Source of the DNA: an uncultured archaeon
GTDB taxonomy: Archaea; Thermoproteota; EX4484-205; JAAOZP01
Direction of reading: 5' to 3'
DNA length: 64,000 bases
Assembly: GCA_938045545.1 (NCBI GenBank)
Contig: CALIBN010000008.1
Span: forward strand, 32,001-96,000
The position numbers and the translations under genes were made by a program. The stretch's first letter is position 1. The number at the start of each line of letters is the position of its first letter. The notes under the pieces were generated by a model. The model worked only from the letters and a program-made list of their open reading frames with translations, made no database searches and was not told where the DNA came from. Positions 1-9,775 of the stretch are shown here, in pieces.

Positions 1-1545
1 TTTTTGAACACTCTCTAAACCTGAGGAGACGTTTTCAAGCATCGGGGTGACGCTGGTCAGATTGCTCCCCATCATCATGTTTGCCTCGCCGATAAGCTTT
101 AAAGCTGAGCCCATCTCGGCTAGCGCTGACGATGTTTGTGACAATGCTGAGGCACCTAAGCCTAGGCCTGAGCTCATCTCTACAATTCTGGAGCCATATT
201 CCTCCAGCGTGTTTATGAAGGATTCTAGGCTTTCGAACAGATGGTCCAGTTGAGGCCCGGCTGATTCGAAATAGCTTTCAGCGAGGCTTAAGCGGCTGTA
301 CAGATTGTTTATCCTCCGTGTGGCGTTTTCCAAGAGGCTTATCTGGTCAGGGTTAGTCAAATTGTTTCTGACCGCCGTTAAAGTATTGTTAATCTCCAAG
401 AGGCCCTGTTTCGCGTCTACAATCATCCTGTAGGTTTCGTTTAGGATTAGGCCGGCTGCCTGTCGAGAGGAGTTCAACCCTTTCCTAAGCCTGTTGAAAT
501 CCACTTTGGAAACGTTTTCAGCGATCGCGGAGAATAGTGAAGCCGCCTGGGAAAGCTGGGATGCTGCCGAGCTGAGTCCAAAGCCTATTGCTTTCAATGC
601 TTCACCGATCATAATGGTTTGATTACCAGTTGTCTCCAAGCCGTAGCTCAGGTTTCCAAGCATATTCTTCATCAGGTTAATGAAACCAGTAAGGTTACCG
701 ATGGGTGTCAGAATCATATTCATCATGCGGATCGACGTGTTCAACCCGTTCAACTGTGAACGTATAGACTCTCTAACGGATTCTCCAATCGGGGAGGAGG
801 AGATCGATATCGTGGTCAACGGGATGGTGCCCCAGTCGTCAAACCCGTCTACAACCGCTTCAACTCTGATCTCCGCCTCCCCCCTCAGTATGAGCATCCA
901 TGAAACCGAATCCTTTTCAAAGGGGCTAGTCATGTTTGCGGGAGGGTTGAAAACAATATTTCTAAAATATTTTTGAGGAATATTCATCGTCATGGAGACG
1001 AACACCGGGGGTTTTGAAGAAGCGTTCGTCAACGGGTCTAGGAGAACCGGATTATTGTTCTTGAGCCTTACCACCCATTCTGCAGAATCGCCCTCCTTGC
1101 ATTTTACGAAGAACACTCCGTATGCTGAACTATAGTTCGGCACCGCTCCGTTTACCCTTAGGCTTGCTTCAACAGTGAGTGGAAGCCAAAGAGACTTGCC
1201 GCTAAGCTCGAAGATTCTTGTACCCGGCTTAGCCTGAACATTCCATTCAATAACGCATGAGTCTCCTGAATAACTTAGGAGACGTGCCTCCGGGGGCAAT
1301 ACTAGGCTTGAAGAATCAACTCCGGATAGCCTTTGAGTGAAACGGTACTGGATGGTTGACTGACCCGTGTTTTTAACCGTCACTGTTGATTTGAATTCCG
1401 TCGTCGAGTTACCGATCAACGGGTTTAGATCTAGGAAATAGGTGATGTTTTCGCTTACAGTGACTCGGGTTTCCTCCGGGGAGGCTTGGGTCGCCAAGGG
1501 CAGCATCAGCATCAGTATTAGGAGAAAGGCTTGGGCGCGTCTCAT
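1..1545 (-). CDS. Secreted/surface protein: signal peptide, beta-rich N-terminal domain, long amphipathic helical/heptad region; runs off the window edge (partial)
   Basis: Not in the ORF track because it is open to position 1. ATG at 1545 overlaps the TGA of the ABC ATPase (ATGA). Hand translation: MRRAQAFLLILMLMLPLATQASPEETRVTVSENITYF... later ...GLSSAASQLSQAASLFSAIAEN...GLGASALSQTSSALAEMGSAL...; many N-x-S/T sequons. Confidence 0.8.
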   Translation of the reverse strand, partial: MRRAQAFLLILMLMLPLATQASPEETRVTVSENITYFLDLNPLIGNSTTEFKSTVTVKNTGQSTIQYRFTQRLSGVDSSSLVLPPEARLLSYSGDSCVIEWNVQAKPGTRIFELSGKSLWLPLTVEASLRVNGAVPNYSSAYGVFFVKCKEGDSAEWVVRLKNNNPVLLDPLTNASSKPPVFVSMTMNIPQKYFRNIVFNPPANMTSPFEKDSVSWMLILRGEAEIRVEAVVDGFDDWGTIPLTTISISSSPIGESVRESIRSQLNGLNTSIRMMNMILTPIGNLTGFINLMKNMLGNLSYGLETTGNQTIMIGEALKAIGFGLSSAASQLSQAASLFSAIAENVSKVDFNRLRKGLNSSRQAAGLILNETYRMIVDAKQGLLEINNTLTAVRNNLTNPDQISLLENATRRINNLYSRLSLAESYFESAGPQLDHLFESLESFINTLEEYGSRIVEMSSGLGLGASALSQTSSALAEMGSALKLIGEANMMMGSNLTSVTPMLENVSSGLESVQK

Positions 1546-2420
1546 TGTTTCACCATCAGCTCCTTCTCCTCTATGGATTTTAAAGCTCTCTCATAGGTTT
1601 CCCCGGATATAACCTTGTTTTTGAAAAGCCTTTCAACGTTCTCCCTCTCCAGTTTTAAAAGGTCTAGTTGAACCTGCTTCTTAAGCCTTGTCGACTCCTC
1701 GTCCATGGGAATGCCTTCCAGGAAGCTTCTGGGGGCTTCCTCGAATACTTGGCCATCCTTCATAAACAGGATCCTGTTAGTAACCCGGGCCAGCTCCACG
1801 TTATGAGTTACAATGATAATCGTGTTTCCAAAACTGTTCAGGAGCCTGAAGGTTGCTATTATTTCTGTTGATGAAGCGACGTCCAGGTTGCCCGTGGGCT
1901 CGTCTGCAAGAATGTAGGCAGGATTATTAGCGAGGGCTCTCGCAATAGCCACTTTCTGCTGCTGGCCTCCGCTAAGCCTGCTAGGAGGGTTTCTCAACCT
2001 GTCTTCAGGGAAGCCGACAAGCTTCAGCAAGTAGAGAGCCTTAAGCCTAGCCTCCTTGAAAGAGTATCTTTTAGAAAGGAGCATCGGGAGCATCACGTTC
2101 TCCACGGCTGAAAGGTTTCTGAGAAGGTTGAAGAACTGGAAGACGAAGCCTATCTTGTTCTTCCTGAAAATGGATAGCTGGCTCTCGCTGAGCTTAGTCA
2201 CATCGACACCGTCAACCAGAACCCTTCCCGAGGTGGGCCTATCCAGGGTTCCAGCTATATGGAGCAGTGTTGACTTTCCTGAGCCAGAGGGCCCGACGAT
2301 AGACACGAAATCCCCCCTCCGGATTGTGAGCGAAACGTTCTTCAAAGCCTTCACCTCTATGTCTCTACCCATAACGTAGGTTTTAGAAACATCTATGCAT
2401 TCTAAGGCTGGGCTACTCAT
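1542..2420 (-). CDS. ABC transporter ATP-binding protein (LolD/MacB/FtsE type) with short C-terminal helical extension
   Basis: Walker A GPSGSGKST, GFVFQFFNL, LSGGQQQKVAIARAL, ILADEPTGNLD, H-loop IVTH. Confidence 0.95.
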   Translation of the reverse strand: MSSPALECIDVSKTYVMGRDIEVKALKNVSLTIRRGDFVSIVGPSGSGKSTLLHIAGTLDRPTSGRVLVDGVDVTKLSESQLSIFRKNKIGFVFQFFNLLRNLSAVENVMLPMLLSKRYSFKEARLKALYLLKLVGFPEDRLRNPPSRLSGGQQQKVAIARALANNPAYILADEPTGNLDVASSTEIIATFRLLNSFGNTIIIVTHNVELARVTNRILFMKDGQVFEEAPRSFLEGIPMDEESTRLKKQVQLDLLKLERENVERLFKNKVISGETYERALKSIEEKELMVKQ

Positions 2421-3579
2421 ATCTTAAAGCCTCCACGGGCCTTATCCTGGAAGCGTTCCATGAAGGGAGCAGGCTGCTCAGGAAGCTAGCCGCAACTGCG
2501 ATCATGAGACCGTTTAAAACAGGCTCATAGCTGATTATGAAAGGTAGGCTTATCTGGAACCTGAAGACCCTGGGGAGCAGGTAAGTAACAATAACGTAGC
2601 CCAAGCCCATGCCGAGGGCTGACCCGAATAATCCTCCTGAAATGCCGAGCAGGATCCCCTCGACCAGAAAAATGTAGAGGACCTGCAGGGGTGACGCGCC
2701 TATAGACTTCAAAACCCCTATCTCCCTTATCTTCTCCCTTATGCTCATCGTGATGGTGTTCATGGTTCCAACGCCTGCCACGATTATGCTTATGGCGCTT
2801 ATAGTGAATATTACTGCGTCTATCGTGTCCAGAATAGCCTGGCTCTGCTTCAGAACATCCTCCTCGGTTGAGACTGAGAGGCTAGGGTAAGTAGACCTTA
2901 TAGCATTGACAACGCTGCTCATGACGCTTGAATTATAAACTCTAACGAGGATCATGTCTGCAAGCCCCCTCTTGTTCAGAATCCTCTCCCCCTGCTCAAG
3001 GCTCATTACGACAACCGAGGCTGGACCCGCCAGCGCAGCTTGGAAGAGCCCGCCGATCTCCGAAAGCCCCGTAACCTTGAAGGACACTCCTTCCTGCACG
3101 TATGAAGTCACGATCCTCACGGTCGAGTTGACCGAAACACCTAGTTTCTTAGCCGACTCCTCGGGCATCAAGCATTCTCTAGCGTTTGGAGAGGAAACTC
3201 CTGAGCCGCTTACGATCGTCTGGAATGCTTTTATCTCCTCCACCGGCACAGCTAGTATGAACGCGTTGCTAGACTCCACTAGGCCTGAGCCGATTATGAC
3301 TGGAACAGCCCTTTCAACGCCGGTGATGTTGCTTATCAGGTGGACAACGTAGATCGACATGGGCTCGCTGTTCCTTGTCCTCACTATTATCGACGACCCT
3401 AGTAAAGTGTTTATCTCGCTCTCAACCCTTGCGCGCATACCGAGTGAAACTATGAAGAGCGAGACAAGCGAGGCTATGCCTATCGAAATACCTAATATAG
3501 TAAGGCCTGCTCTGAGCTTTTTACTCGCGATATCCCTGAGCGCGTAGCGCGTCAAGTATAGGAGAGTGATCATCTTCAT
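2413..3579 (-). CDS. ABC transporter permease, MacB/FtsX (LolC/E) family
   Basis: RAGLTILGISIGIASLV N-terminal TM, large extracytoplasmic domain, GTMNTITMSIREKIREIGVLKSIGA, C-terminal PVEALRYE. Confidence 0.95.
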   Translation of the reverse strand: MKMITLLYLTRYALRDIASKKLRAGLTILGISIGIASLVSLFIVSLGMRARVESEINTLLGSSIIVRTRNSEPMSIYVVHLISNITGVERAVPVIIGSGLVESSNAFILAVPVEEIKAFQTIVSGSGVSSPNARECLMPEESAKKLGVSVNSTVRIVTSYVQEGVSFKVTGLSEIGGLFQAALAGPASVVVMSLEQGERILNKRGLADMILVRVYNSSVMSSVVNAIRSTYPSLSVSTEEDVLKQSQAILDTIDAVIFTISAISIIVAGVGTMNTITMSIREKIREIGVLKSIGASPLQVLYIFLVEGILLGISGGLFGSALGMGLGYVIVTYLLPRVFRFQISLPFIISYEPVLNGLMIAVAASFLSSLLPSWNASRIRPVEALRYE

Positions 3580-3615
3580 TCGTGCAGCCGGATGAGTAGA
3601 TAAATATTAGCCTGT

Positions 3616-4449
3616 TTATAATGCTGCGGTGAAAACATATATCATGATGCCGAGAATGCCCGCTATAAGGTTTGAGACAAGGTTTACAACATGGTTGTCA
3701 AAGCCCTTAAACCCTTTCACTAAAACGTATTCCCCCTGCTTCCCGGGCTTTTCACGAAGCCTGCCGTCAGTCTTAGACACGTATGCCTCTTGAACGGTTG
3801 CTCCAAGCAGGCTGTCTACAATCATCCCTAGGAAACCGCCGGCTGAGCACGCTACAAATAGGCCTAGAGCATCACCGACCCCGGAAATGATGCCTGGAGC
3901 ATTAGCCTGCCGGAGTGCCACCGAGACCAACGCTATCACAATTGCTCCTGAAAGCCCTGCGAAAGTGCCCAGCAGGGTGACTCCTCCAGAAACCCCTTTC
4001 TCAACACTCCTCCTAAGGTTTGTTATAAGCCTAGGCTTAGAGCTGCTTAACAGTCCCAGTTCAGTGGCCAGCGTGTCTGCCGCAGCCGAGCAAACTGTGG
4101 TGGTGAAGAAGACGAGAAATATCTCCATCCGGAAAAAATGCTCAAGCATGATGGACATTGCCGCGGGCCCACCGTTTGCGAGAACGTTAACCCAGCTTCT
4201 AACCCCACCCTTCTCCTGGGCCAAAGCATCCAGCTCCTTGTCTTTACGCCTATACTTCGTGGAGGCGACGCCCAAGACTAGGAACGCCAGCATTATTATG
4301 AAGCAATCCCAGCCCCCTAGGAAGAGCACTATTACCCCTAGGAAAATAGAGGCTAGGACCCCGGAAAAGCTTAGGGAGCGCGAGACATATGTTGCTACCG
4401 CCAGCATGACTATCGCGAGCGTTTTAACCAGGGTTTCGGCAATCATCAA
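3616..4449 (-). CDS. DUF92/TMEM19 family membrane protein
   Basis: RSWVNVLANG, AAADTLATELG, GVSGGVTLLG, DSLLGATVQ, DNHVVNLVS motifs; multiple TM helices. Confidence 0.9.
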   Translation of the reverse strand: MMIAETLVKTLAIVMLAVATYVSRSLSFSGVLASIFLGVIVLFLGGWDCFIIMLAFLVLGVASTKYRRKDKELDALAQEKGGVRSWVNVLANGGPAAMSIMLEHFFRMEIFLVFFTTTVCSAAADTLATELGLLSSSKPRLITNLRRSVEKGVSGGVTLLGTFAGLSGAIVIALVSVALRQANAPGIISGVGDALGLFVACSAGGFLGMIVDSLLGATVQEAYVSKTDGRLREKPGKQGEYVLVKGFKGFDNHVVNLVSNLIAGILGIMIYVFTAAL

Positions 4450-4484
4450 AAGCTGGATGACTCTTCTTAAAGGGCTATTTAAGC

Positions 4485-5222
4485 TTAGCCTAGGGAAGTA
4501 AGCCTTTCTATAAGCTCTCTCGTTGAGCCGAGGTTTGACAGTGCCACAACTATCCCGTCAACCTTAGCTATCTCCATAGCAACCGGGTCAAGCTCCTTGG
4601 GGCCGTGGAGAACGATCATCTTAGGCTTAAACGGGTAGAGGTGTATCCCGACCAAGGGGCTTCTACCGTGTTGAACATTCGTGAAGACAAGCGTCCTTAT
4701 GTTCGTGTACCCGAAAACATTAACCAGGTCGTACCATTTGAAGTAAAGTATTGCTTTAACGCTGTCGAGCACCGTGTGGCCGAAAACAAAGTCGTCAAGC
4801 ATGTCTGGAAATGTTTCCACCTTGCCCGCAACAGCCTCAACAACCTTACGCATTGAAACAGGCTTGGAATACTCTTTCATGTCTAGAATTATCCCTTTGA
4901 GAATGGGCTCTGTCTTCAACAGGTCTATCAGATGTGCTCCTCCTCTTTCAGCATCGCTTTCAACAAGGTTCTGAACATAGTGTCTGAGAAAGCCTATTCC
5001 AGGGTTTCTCCTCCTGCCTGTCTCATAGTCACTTATCACTGAGGCTGAAATACCCATTCTGCTGGCTAGGGTTTTCTGAGACACCCCGAACTTCTCACGC
5101 CAGTTCCTCAGGACCATGAAGGGCTGCTCCGCTAGGACAACGTCGCTGATAATCTTCTTCATAGACACTTGCTTGGCTACTGTAAGCAGTTCGCTGAGGT
5201 AGGGAGCAAGTTCATCGCTCAT
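4485..5222 (-). CDS. Archaeal XRE-HTH transcriptional regulator (COG1709-like)
   Basis: LRNWREKFGVSQKTLASRMGISASVISDYETGRRRNPG HTH; C-terminal VFTNVQHGRSPLV motif. Confidence 0.85.
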   Translation of the reverse strand: MSDELAPYLSELLTVAKQVSMKKIISDVVLAEQPFMVLRNWREKFGVSQKTLASRMGISASVISDYETGRRRNPGIGFLRHYVQNLVESDAERGGAHLIDLLKTEPILKGIILDMKEYSKPVSMRKVVEAVAGKVETFPDMLDDFVFGHTVLDSVKAILYFKWYDLVNVFGYTNIRTLVFTNVQHGRSPLVGIHLYPFKPKMIVLHGPKELDPVAMEIAKVDGIVVALSNLGSTRELIERLTSLG

Positions 5223-5495
5223 AGTCGAGACAGGAATTAACTTTAGCCGATACTTAAGCCTTTACTGCTTATCCAACCAGAGACGGTTCCCGTAGACCAG
5301 CTTAAAGGTTGAAAACGAAAGTTCGCCGAGGTGGCGCCAGTTTATTATGATCGCGCGCAGACCCTCATCCTCCCTCTAAGCGGGTTTTCTTTTGCCTGCT
5401 CATTTTATATTGAAAAATATCAAAAACATATCGTCTTCGAAGTTCTGTATCATCATATTTAAAAGAGGTGGGGTGAAGCATACGCCGGCTAAACG

Positions 5496-5918
5496 CTAAA
5501 AGCGACCGCTATAGACTTTTCTAGGGTCGAAAACCTTTTCACCGACCGTTTTAAAGTGGCCGCTTTTAACGATCTTCCTGTAGAAACATGTTTTATAGCC
5601 CATGTGGCACGCGCCAGGACCCTCCTGCTTAACTGTGAAGAGTAGGGAGTTGTTTTCACAGTTAACCCTGACCTCCAGAACCCTCTGCACGAAGCCTGAT
5701 GCTTCTCCCTTCATCCATATTTTCCTCCTTCTCCTAGAATAGTAGTGCATGAAGCCTGTTGAAAGAGTTTTTGAAAGAGCATTCCTATTCATGAACGCGA
5801 CCATCAGGACTTCCCCGTCAACATTCCTCGCCACCACAGGGATCAGGCCTTTTTCAAAATTGAGTTGGGAAATAATCCTCCTGGTTTTCTCAACGCTTGC
5901 TTTAAACAATTGTCCCAT
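5496..5918 (-). CDS. hisI: Phosphoribosyl-AMP cyclohydrolase (variant metal-binding motif)
   Basis: GLIPVVA, VLMVAFMN, YYSRRR..WMKGEASG, GPGACHMGYKTCF; the usual DCDxD reads NCENN. Confidence 0.9.
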   Translation of the reverse strand: MGQLFKASVEKTRRIISQLNFEKGLIPVVARNVDGEVLMVAFMNRNALSKTLSTGFMHYYSRRRRKIWMKGEASGFVQRVLEVRVNCENNSLLFTVKQEGPGACHMGYKTCFYRKIVKSGHFKTVGEKVFDPRKVYSGRF

Positions 5919-6522
5919 CTCCGCAGAGGCTTAAGAAGTTTCTGAGGATTCTTAGCCCCGGCTGCCAGCTTTTTTCAGGATGGAACTGCACGCCGAAAAC
6001 GTTTTCCTTCTCGAACACAACTGGGAACCTTATGCCTCCGTATCTGGCGTAGGCGGCAGCATCATCCTCAGCGTAATCCAAGGGAGCGTAGGAGTGTGCA
6101 AAATACATGTAAGAGTTGTTCTCTAAACCTTTGAGAATAAGGGATTTACCGGCTATTTCTATGCTGTTCCAGCCTATGTGTGGAAGCCGTTTAACAGGAA
6201 TCTTTTTAACAAATCCTCTGAAAAACCCGAGGCCCTCTTCACCCTGCTTCCCCTCTTCACTTCCGTTGAACATGAGTTGCAGGCCTAAGCATATTCCAAG
6301 CACTGGGCGACCCTCCTCCACGATACTCATGATTCTTCGCCTTTCCTCATCGACCTTCTTGAAAGCGGCGGAATAGCTTCCGACTCCTGGAATAACTAGG
6401 CCGTCGAAACCCTCCTCCAAGACTATTGACGAGACTATTCTAGGTTCGGCTCCTACTTTTTTCAGGGACGCGCTTATGCTTGCAAGGTTTCCGACTCCGC
6501 AATCAAGAATCATTATCCTCAT
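5902..6522 (-). CDS. hisH: Imidazole glycerol phosphate synthase glutamine amidotransferase subunit
   Basis: GNLASI, PGVG, LGICLGLQ, PHIGWN, YFAHSY, QFHPEKS. Confidence 0.97.
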   Translation of the reverse strand: MRIMILDCGVGNLASISASLKKVGAEPRIVSSIVLEEGFDGLVIPGVGSYSAAFKKVDEERRRIMSIVEEGRPVLGICLGLQLMFNGSEEGKQGEEGLGFFRGFVKKIPVKRLPHIGWNSIEIAGKSLILKGLENNSYMYFAHSYAPLDYAEDDAAAYARYGGIRFPVVFEKENVFGVQFHPEKSWQPGLRILRNFLSLCGDGTIV

Positions 6523-6803
6523 CGGTGTCTGCGCCTTCTCTCAAGCTCCCTTGCGACTTCCTCAAGCTCCACTCCGGATGCTGCCAGCACTATTAGGTAA
6601 TGGAAGAGAACATCGGCTGCCTCCGCAACCTTGTCACCATTACCCTGGACCGCTGAGGCGAATTCGAAGGCTTCCTCCCCGAATTTTCCGAGAACCCTGT
6701 CCATCCCTCCTTCGACGATGCTCGCCACGTAAGACCCCTTCGGCTTCTCGCGCACCCTGCTTTTCACGACTTCAAACAGTTCAGCCAAGTACTCCAGGGT
6801 CAA
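6519..6803 (-). CDS. hisE: Phosphoribosyl-ATP pyrophosphatase
   Basis: [28 protein letters not shown]; overlapping start/stop codons within the operon. Confidence 0.95.
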   Translation of the reverse strand: MTLEYLAELFEVVKSRVREKPKGSYVASIVEGGMDRVLGKFGEEAFEFASAVQGNGDKVAEAADVLFHYLIVLAASGVELEEVARELERRRRHR

Positions 6804-7567
6804 AGCCTTACTTCAACCCCCCTCTCCTTCAACCATTTCTTAATTTGTAAGACACTGTACTGTTCATAGTGTAGGAGTGAAGCGATGAGTGCAGCGTCAG
6901 CACCCCCTTTCGTAAGGGCCTCGTAAACGTGTTGCAGCGAGCCGGCTCCGCCCGAGGCTATTATAGGGATGTCGACGCTTCTTCTCGCCGCGTGCAAAAG
7001 TTCAACATCGTAGCCTAGTCTGGTGCCGTCCGCATCTATGCTTGTTAAAAGTATTTCGCCAGCACCCTCGTATTCACACGTTTTAATCCATTCAAGCGCG
7101 TCCAGTCCAGTCGGCTCCTTCCCAGCTTTAACATACACCTCCCACCCTTTCTCAACTCTTTTAGCGTCGACAGCAACAACGACGCATTGATGCCCGAAAA
7201 TACTGCTAGCCCTTCTAATCAGGCTCCTATCCTTGACGGCTGCAGTATTGACTGAAACCTTGTCTGCACCTGCTCTAAGAAGCTTCCCAAAATCCTCTAC
7301 GCTTCTAACCCCTCCCCCGACGGTCAGAGGGATGAAAAGGTTTTCAGCGGTCCTCTTAACCACTTCCACCATGGTTTCCCTCCCCTCCGGCGTGGCGGAG
7401 ATATCGAGGAAAACTATTTCGTCAGCACACTGCTCCATGTATTTAACAGCGAGCTCCGCAGGATCCCCTATCCTCTTAAGGTTTGAAAACTTAACGCCTT
7501 TAACCACGACGCCGTCGTAAACATCAAGACACGGGATTATTCTCTTGGTTAAGCCCATTTCTTTCAC
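6800..7567 (-). CDS. hisF: Imidazole glycerol phosphate synthase cyclase subunit
   Basis: [57 protein letters not shown]. Confidence 0.98.
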   Translation of the reverse strand: MKEMGLTKRIIPCLDVYDGVVVKGVKFSNLKRIGDPAELAVKYMEQCADEIVFLDISATPEGRETMVEVVKRTAENLFIPLTVGGGVRSVEDFGKLLRAGADKVSVNTAAVKDRSLIRRASSIFGHQCVVVAVDAKRVEKGWEVYVKAGKEPTGLDALEWIKTCEYEGAGEILLTSIDADGTRLGYDVELLHAARRSVDIPIIASGGAGSLQHVYEALTKGGADAALIASLLHYEQYSVLQIKKWLKERGVEVRL

Positions 7568-8145
7568 AAAACCCCCTTTTCGCTAGGGATTGTTGAACCT
7601 GTTACTGCAACCGCCTGTTTGAAAGCAAGGCCCGCGGCTTTAAAAACGGCTTCAGCCAAGTGGTGCGGATCACCGTTTCTAAAGATCAGGACGTGAAGAG
7701 TCACACCGGATGAGTTTGAAAGGCTTCGGAAGAAGTGTGGAATCATGCTGGTCCCCATGTTCCCAATGGTTGTCTGTTTAAACCGCATGTTGTGGGAGAA
7801 GAACGGTCTTCCGCTCAAGTCTAGTGAAACGCAAGCGAGCACCTCGTCCATAGGGACGATGGAATAGCCGAACCTGTTCACTCCCCTTTTTTCGCCGAGA
7901 GCCCTCCTTAAAGCCTCGCCAAAAGCTATTGCAACATCCTCGATTAAATGGTGCTCATCGCATTCAACCGTGTTTCTAGCGTTGAGCCTAAGGTTGAAGC
8001 CTGAGAACCTGATCATGCTTCCGAGCAGGTGGTTGAACACAGGGTAAGGCGTCTCTATAGTGTGCGCGCCTTCACCGTCCAAGGTGAGCTCCAGCTCAGC
8101 CACTGTTTCAGCAGTCTCTCTACGAACCATGGTTGTTCTAGTCAA
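7564..8145 (-). CDS. hisB: Imidazoleglycerol-phosphate dehydratase (monofunctional)
   Basis: [43 protein letters not shown]. Confidence 0.97.
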   Translation of the reverse strand: MTRTTMVRRETAETVAELELTLDGEGAHTIETPYPVFNHLLGSMIRFSGFNLRLNARNTVECDEHHLIEDVAIAFGEALRRALGEKRGVNRFGYSIVPMDEVLACVSLDLSGRPFFSHNMRFKQTTIGNMGTSMIPHFFRSLSNSSGVTLHVLIFRNGDPHHLAEAVFKAAGLAFKQAVAVTGSTIPSEKGVL

Positions 8146-8864
8146 TCCTCAACCCTCCTTAAATCCTCTAGGCTTAGCAGCCCGTTGTATAAAGCTTTCC
8201 CGATGACCACGCCTTCCACACCAGTCTTTTTCAAAGTCAAGATGTCTTCCAGTGAAGAGACTCCTCCAGCGTACATGAGCCCCAAGCCTGTTTCCCTAAG
8301 TATTGATAATAGGGAAAGCGTTTCACGGCGCAACCCTGCTAGCGAGCCCTCTCTTCCAACATCGGTTAGAAGTATTCCCTTCAAACCTATTGCGTCGTCA
8401 ACCTTTAAGACCCAGGTGGCAGCCTTCTCCTCACTGATGACGATGCTTTCCTTACCGATGCCTCTAAACATGTTTCTCCCCAGGTAGTCTATTCCTAGAA
8501 CGATTTTATCCAATCCTGAGAAATCGCTTAGGGCATTCGTCGAGCAGGGCCTTGGTCTCACAACAATCCTTGAAGCGCCGTTTGAAAGATAGTCTTCAAC
8601 CTGCTTCCTACTCCTGATTCCGCCCGCGACTTGAACCGGTATCTTGACTGAGCGTATAATCCTCTTAATAATGCTAGCGTTACTTCTCCCAGTGTTCAAC
8701 GCAGCATCTATATCGACCACGTGGACCATGCTTGCACCAGCCTTCTCCCAGTATGCTGCTATTTTAACGGGGTCAGAGCCTTCAAGAGCCTTGTCCACAA
8801 CATGGCCTATTACCTCAACCCTCTTTGAATCCATTAGGTCTATCGATGGAATTATCCTCATCAA
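8142..8864 (-). CDS. hisA: ProFAR isomerase (divergent)
   Basis: IIPSIDL, HVVDIDAA, QVAGGIRS, TDVGREG, AGGVSSLEDI, GVVIGKALY; position in the his operon. Confidence 0.88.
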   Translation of the reverse strand: MMRIIPSIDLMDSKRVEVIGHVVDKALEGSDPVKIAAYWEKAGASMVHVVDIDAALNTGRSNASIIKRIIRSVKIPVQVAGGIRSRKQVEDYLSNGASRIVVRPRPCSTNALSDFSGLDKIVLGIDYLGRNMFRGIGKESIVISEEKAATWVLKVDDAIGLKGILLTDVGREGSLAGLRRETLSLLSILRETGLGLMYAGGVSSLEDILTLKKTGVEGVVIGKALYNGLLSLEDLRRVED

Positions 8865-9775
8865 ATAATCACCTTGTCGATGTTTAGAACGAGAATGTCC
8901 CGAGCACCCTTGTTTTTAACGTTGTAAACCACTTCGAAAACCTTATCTGAATCAACGACGGTTATGACTTCCCACATGGGTTCCTTAGACTCTACTTTAG
9001 AGATCGTTGGGCCGCTCATGCAAGGCAGACAGCTAACAACTTCCTTCAAGCATTCTTCAGGCACATTCATCATAAGAAGCTTCTTTCCCTGTGCCATTTG
9101 GGTTGCTTGAATAATTGATATGATGCTTCCAATAATGGGTTGCTTTTCAGGGGTTTTAAGGCTGTTCCTGTTTCCTATTAGAACTGCTTGCGAATCCATG
9201 ATTGTTGAAAGAACCTTCAGTCCGTGTATTAGAAGCGTTGTGCCGGTGCTCATCACTGAGACTATGCAGTCGGACAAGCCGAGGTTCGGCATTGTTTCAG
9301 AGGCCCCCTCGACATTTATGATTTCAGCATTAGCATTCAGGCTTTGGAAGAAGCTTCTCGCTATGTTTGGAAACTCTGTTGCCACTTTGAAACTCTCTCT
9401 TTTAAGCAGGTCGCTAAGTTCGCTGAATCTCGAGGAGGGTGCCGCGAGCACAAGCTTAGCGTGACCGTAGTTGAGTGGAAGAACCTCCTCAACGTCTACG
9501 CCTGATTCCTTGACGAGGTCCCTCCCAGTAATGCCTAGGTCTACAACACCGTTTTCAACCATCCTCGGAATATCTGCAGCTCGGTTGAAAACCACTACAA
9601 GTCCTTTTAAACGGGAGAGCGCTTGATAACTCCGATCATTAGGGAAATAAGTTATCAGCCCGGATGAGCCCAGTAGTTCAAGCGAAGGCTGGAACAGCCT
9701 CCCCTTGCTGGGAAGAGCTAGGAAAACTTGGCTGTTCAACTTGCCAGGGCCCTCCTTAAGGCCTGTAGAAACCAT
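8861..9775 (-). CDS. hisG: ATP phosphoribosyltransferase, long form with C-terminal regulatory domain
   Basis: LALPSKGRL, RAADIP, DLGITGRD, VATEFPNI, STGTTL, C-terminal GPTIS...GARDILV. The true start may be near 9737, coupled to the hisC stop. Confidence 0.96.
   Translation of the reverse strand: MVSTGLKEGPGKLNSQVFLALPSKGRLFQPSLELLGSSGLITYFPNDRSYQALSRLKGLVVVFNRAADIPRMVENGVVDLGITGRDLVKESGVDVEEVLPLNYGHAKLVLAAPSSRFSELSDLLKRESFKVATEFPNIARSFFQSLNANAEIINVEGASETMPNLGLSDCIVSVMSTGTTLLIHGLKVLSTIMDSQAVLIGNRNSLKTPEKQPIIGSIISIIQATQMAQGKKLLMMNVPEECLKEVVSCLPCMSGPTISKVESKEPMWEVITVVDSDKVFEVVYNVKNKGARDILVLNIDKVII

Noticed and set aside
5223-5495. 273-bp intergenic region as a riboswitch or ncRNA
   Set aside because: No recognisable conserved motif or strong stem by eye; a covariance-model search would be needed.
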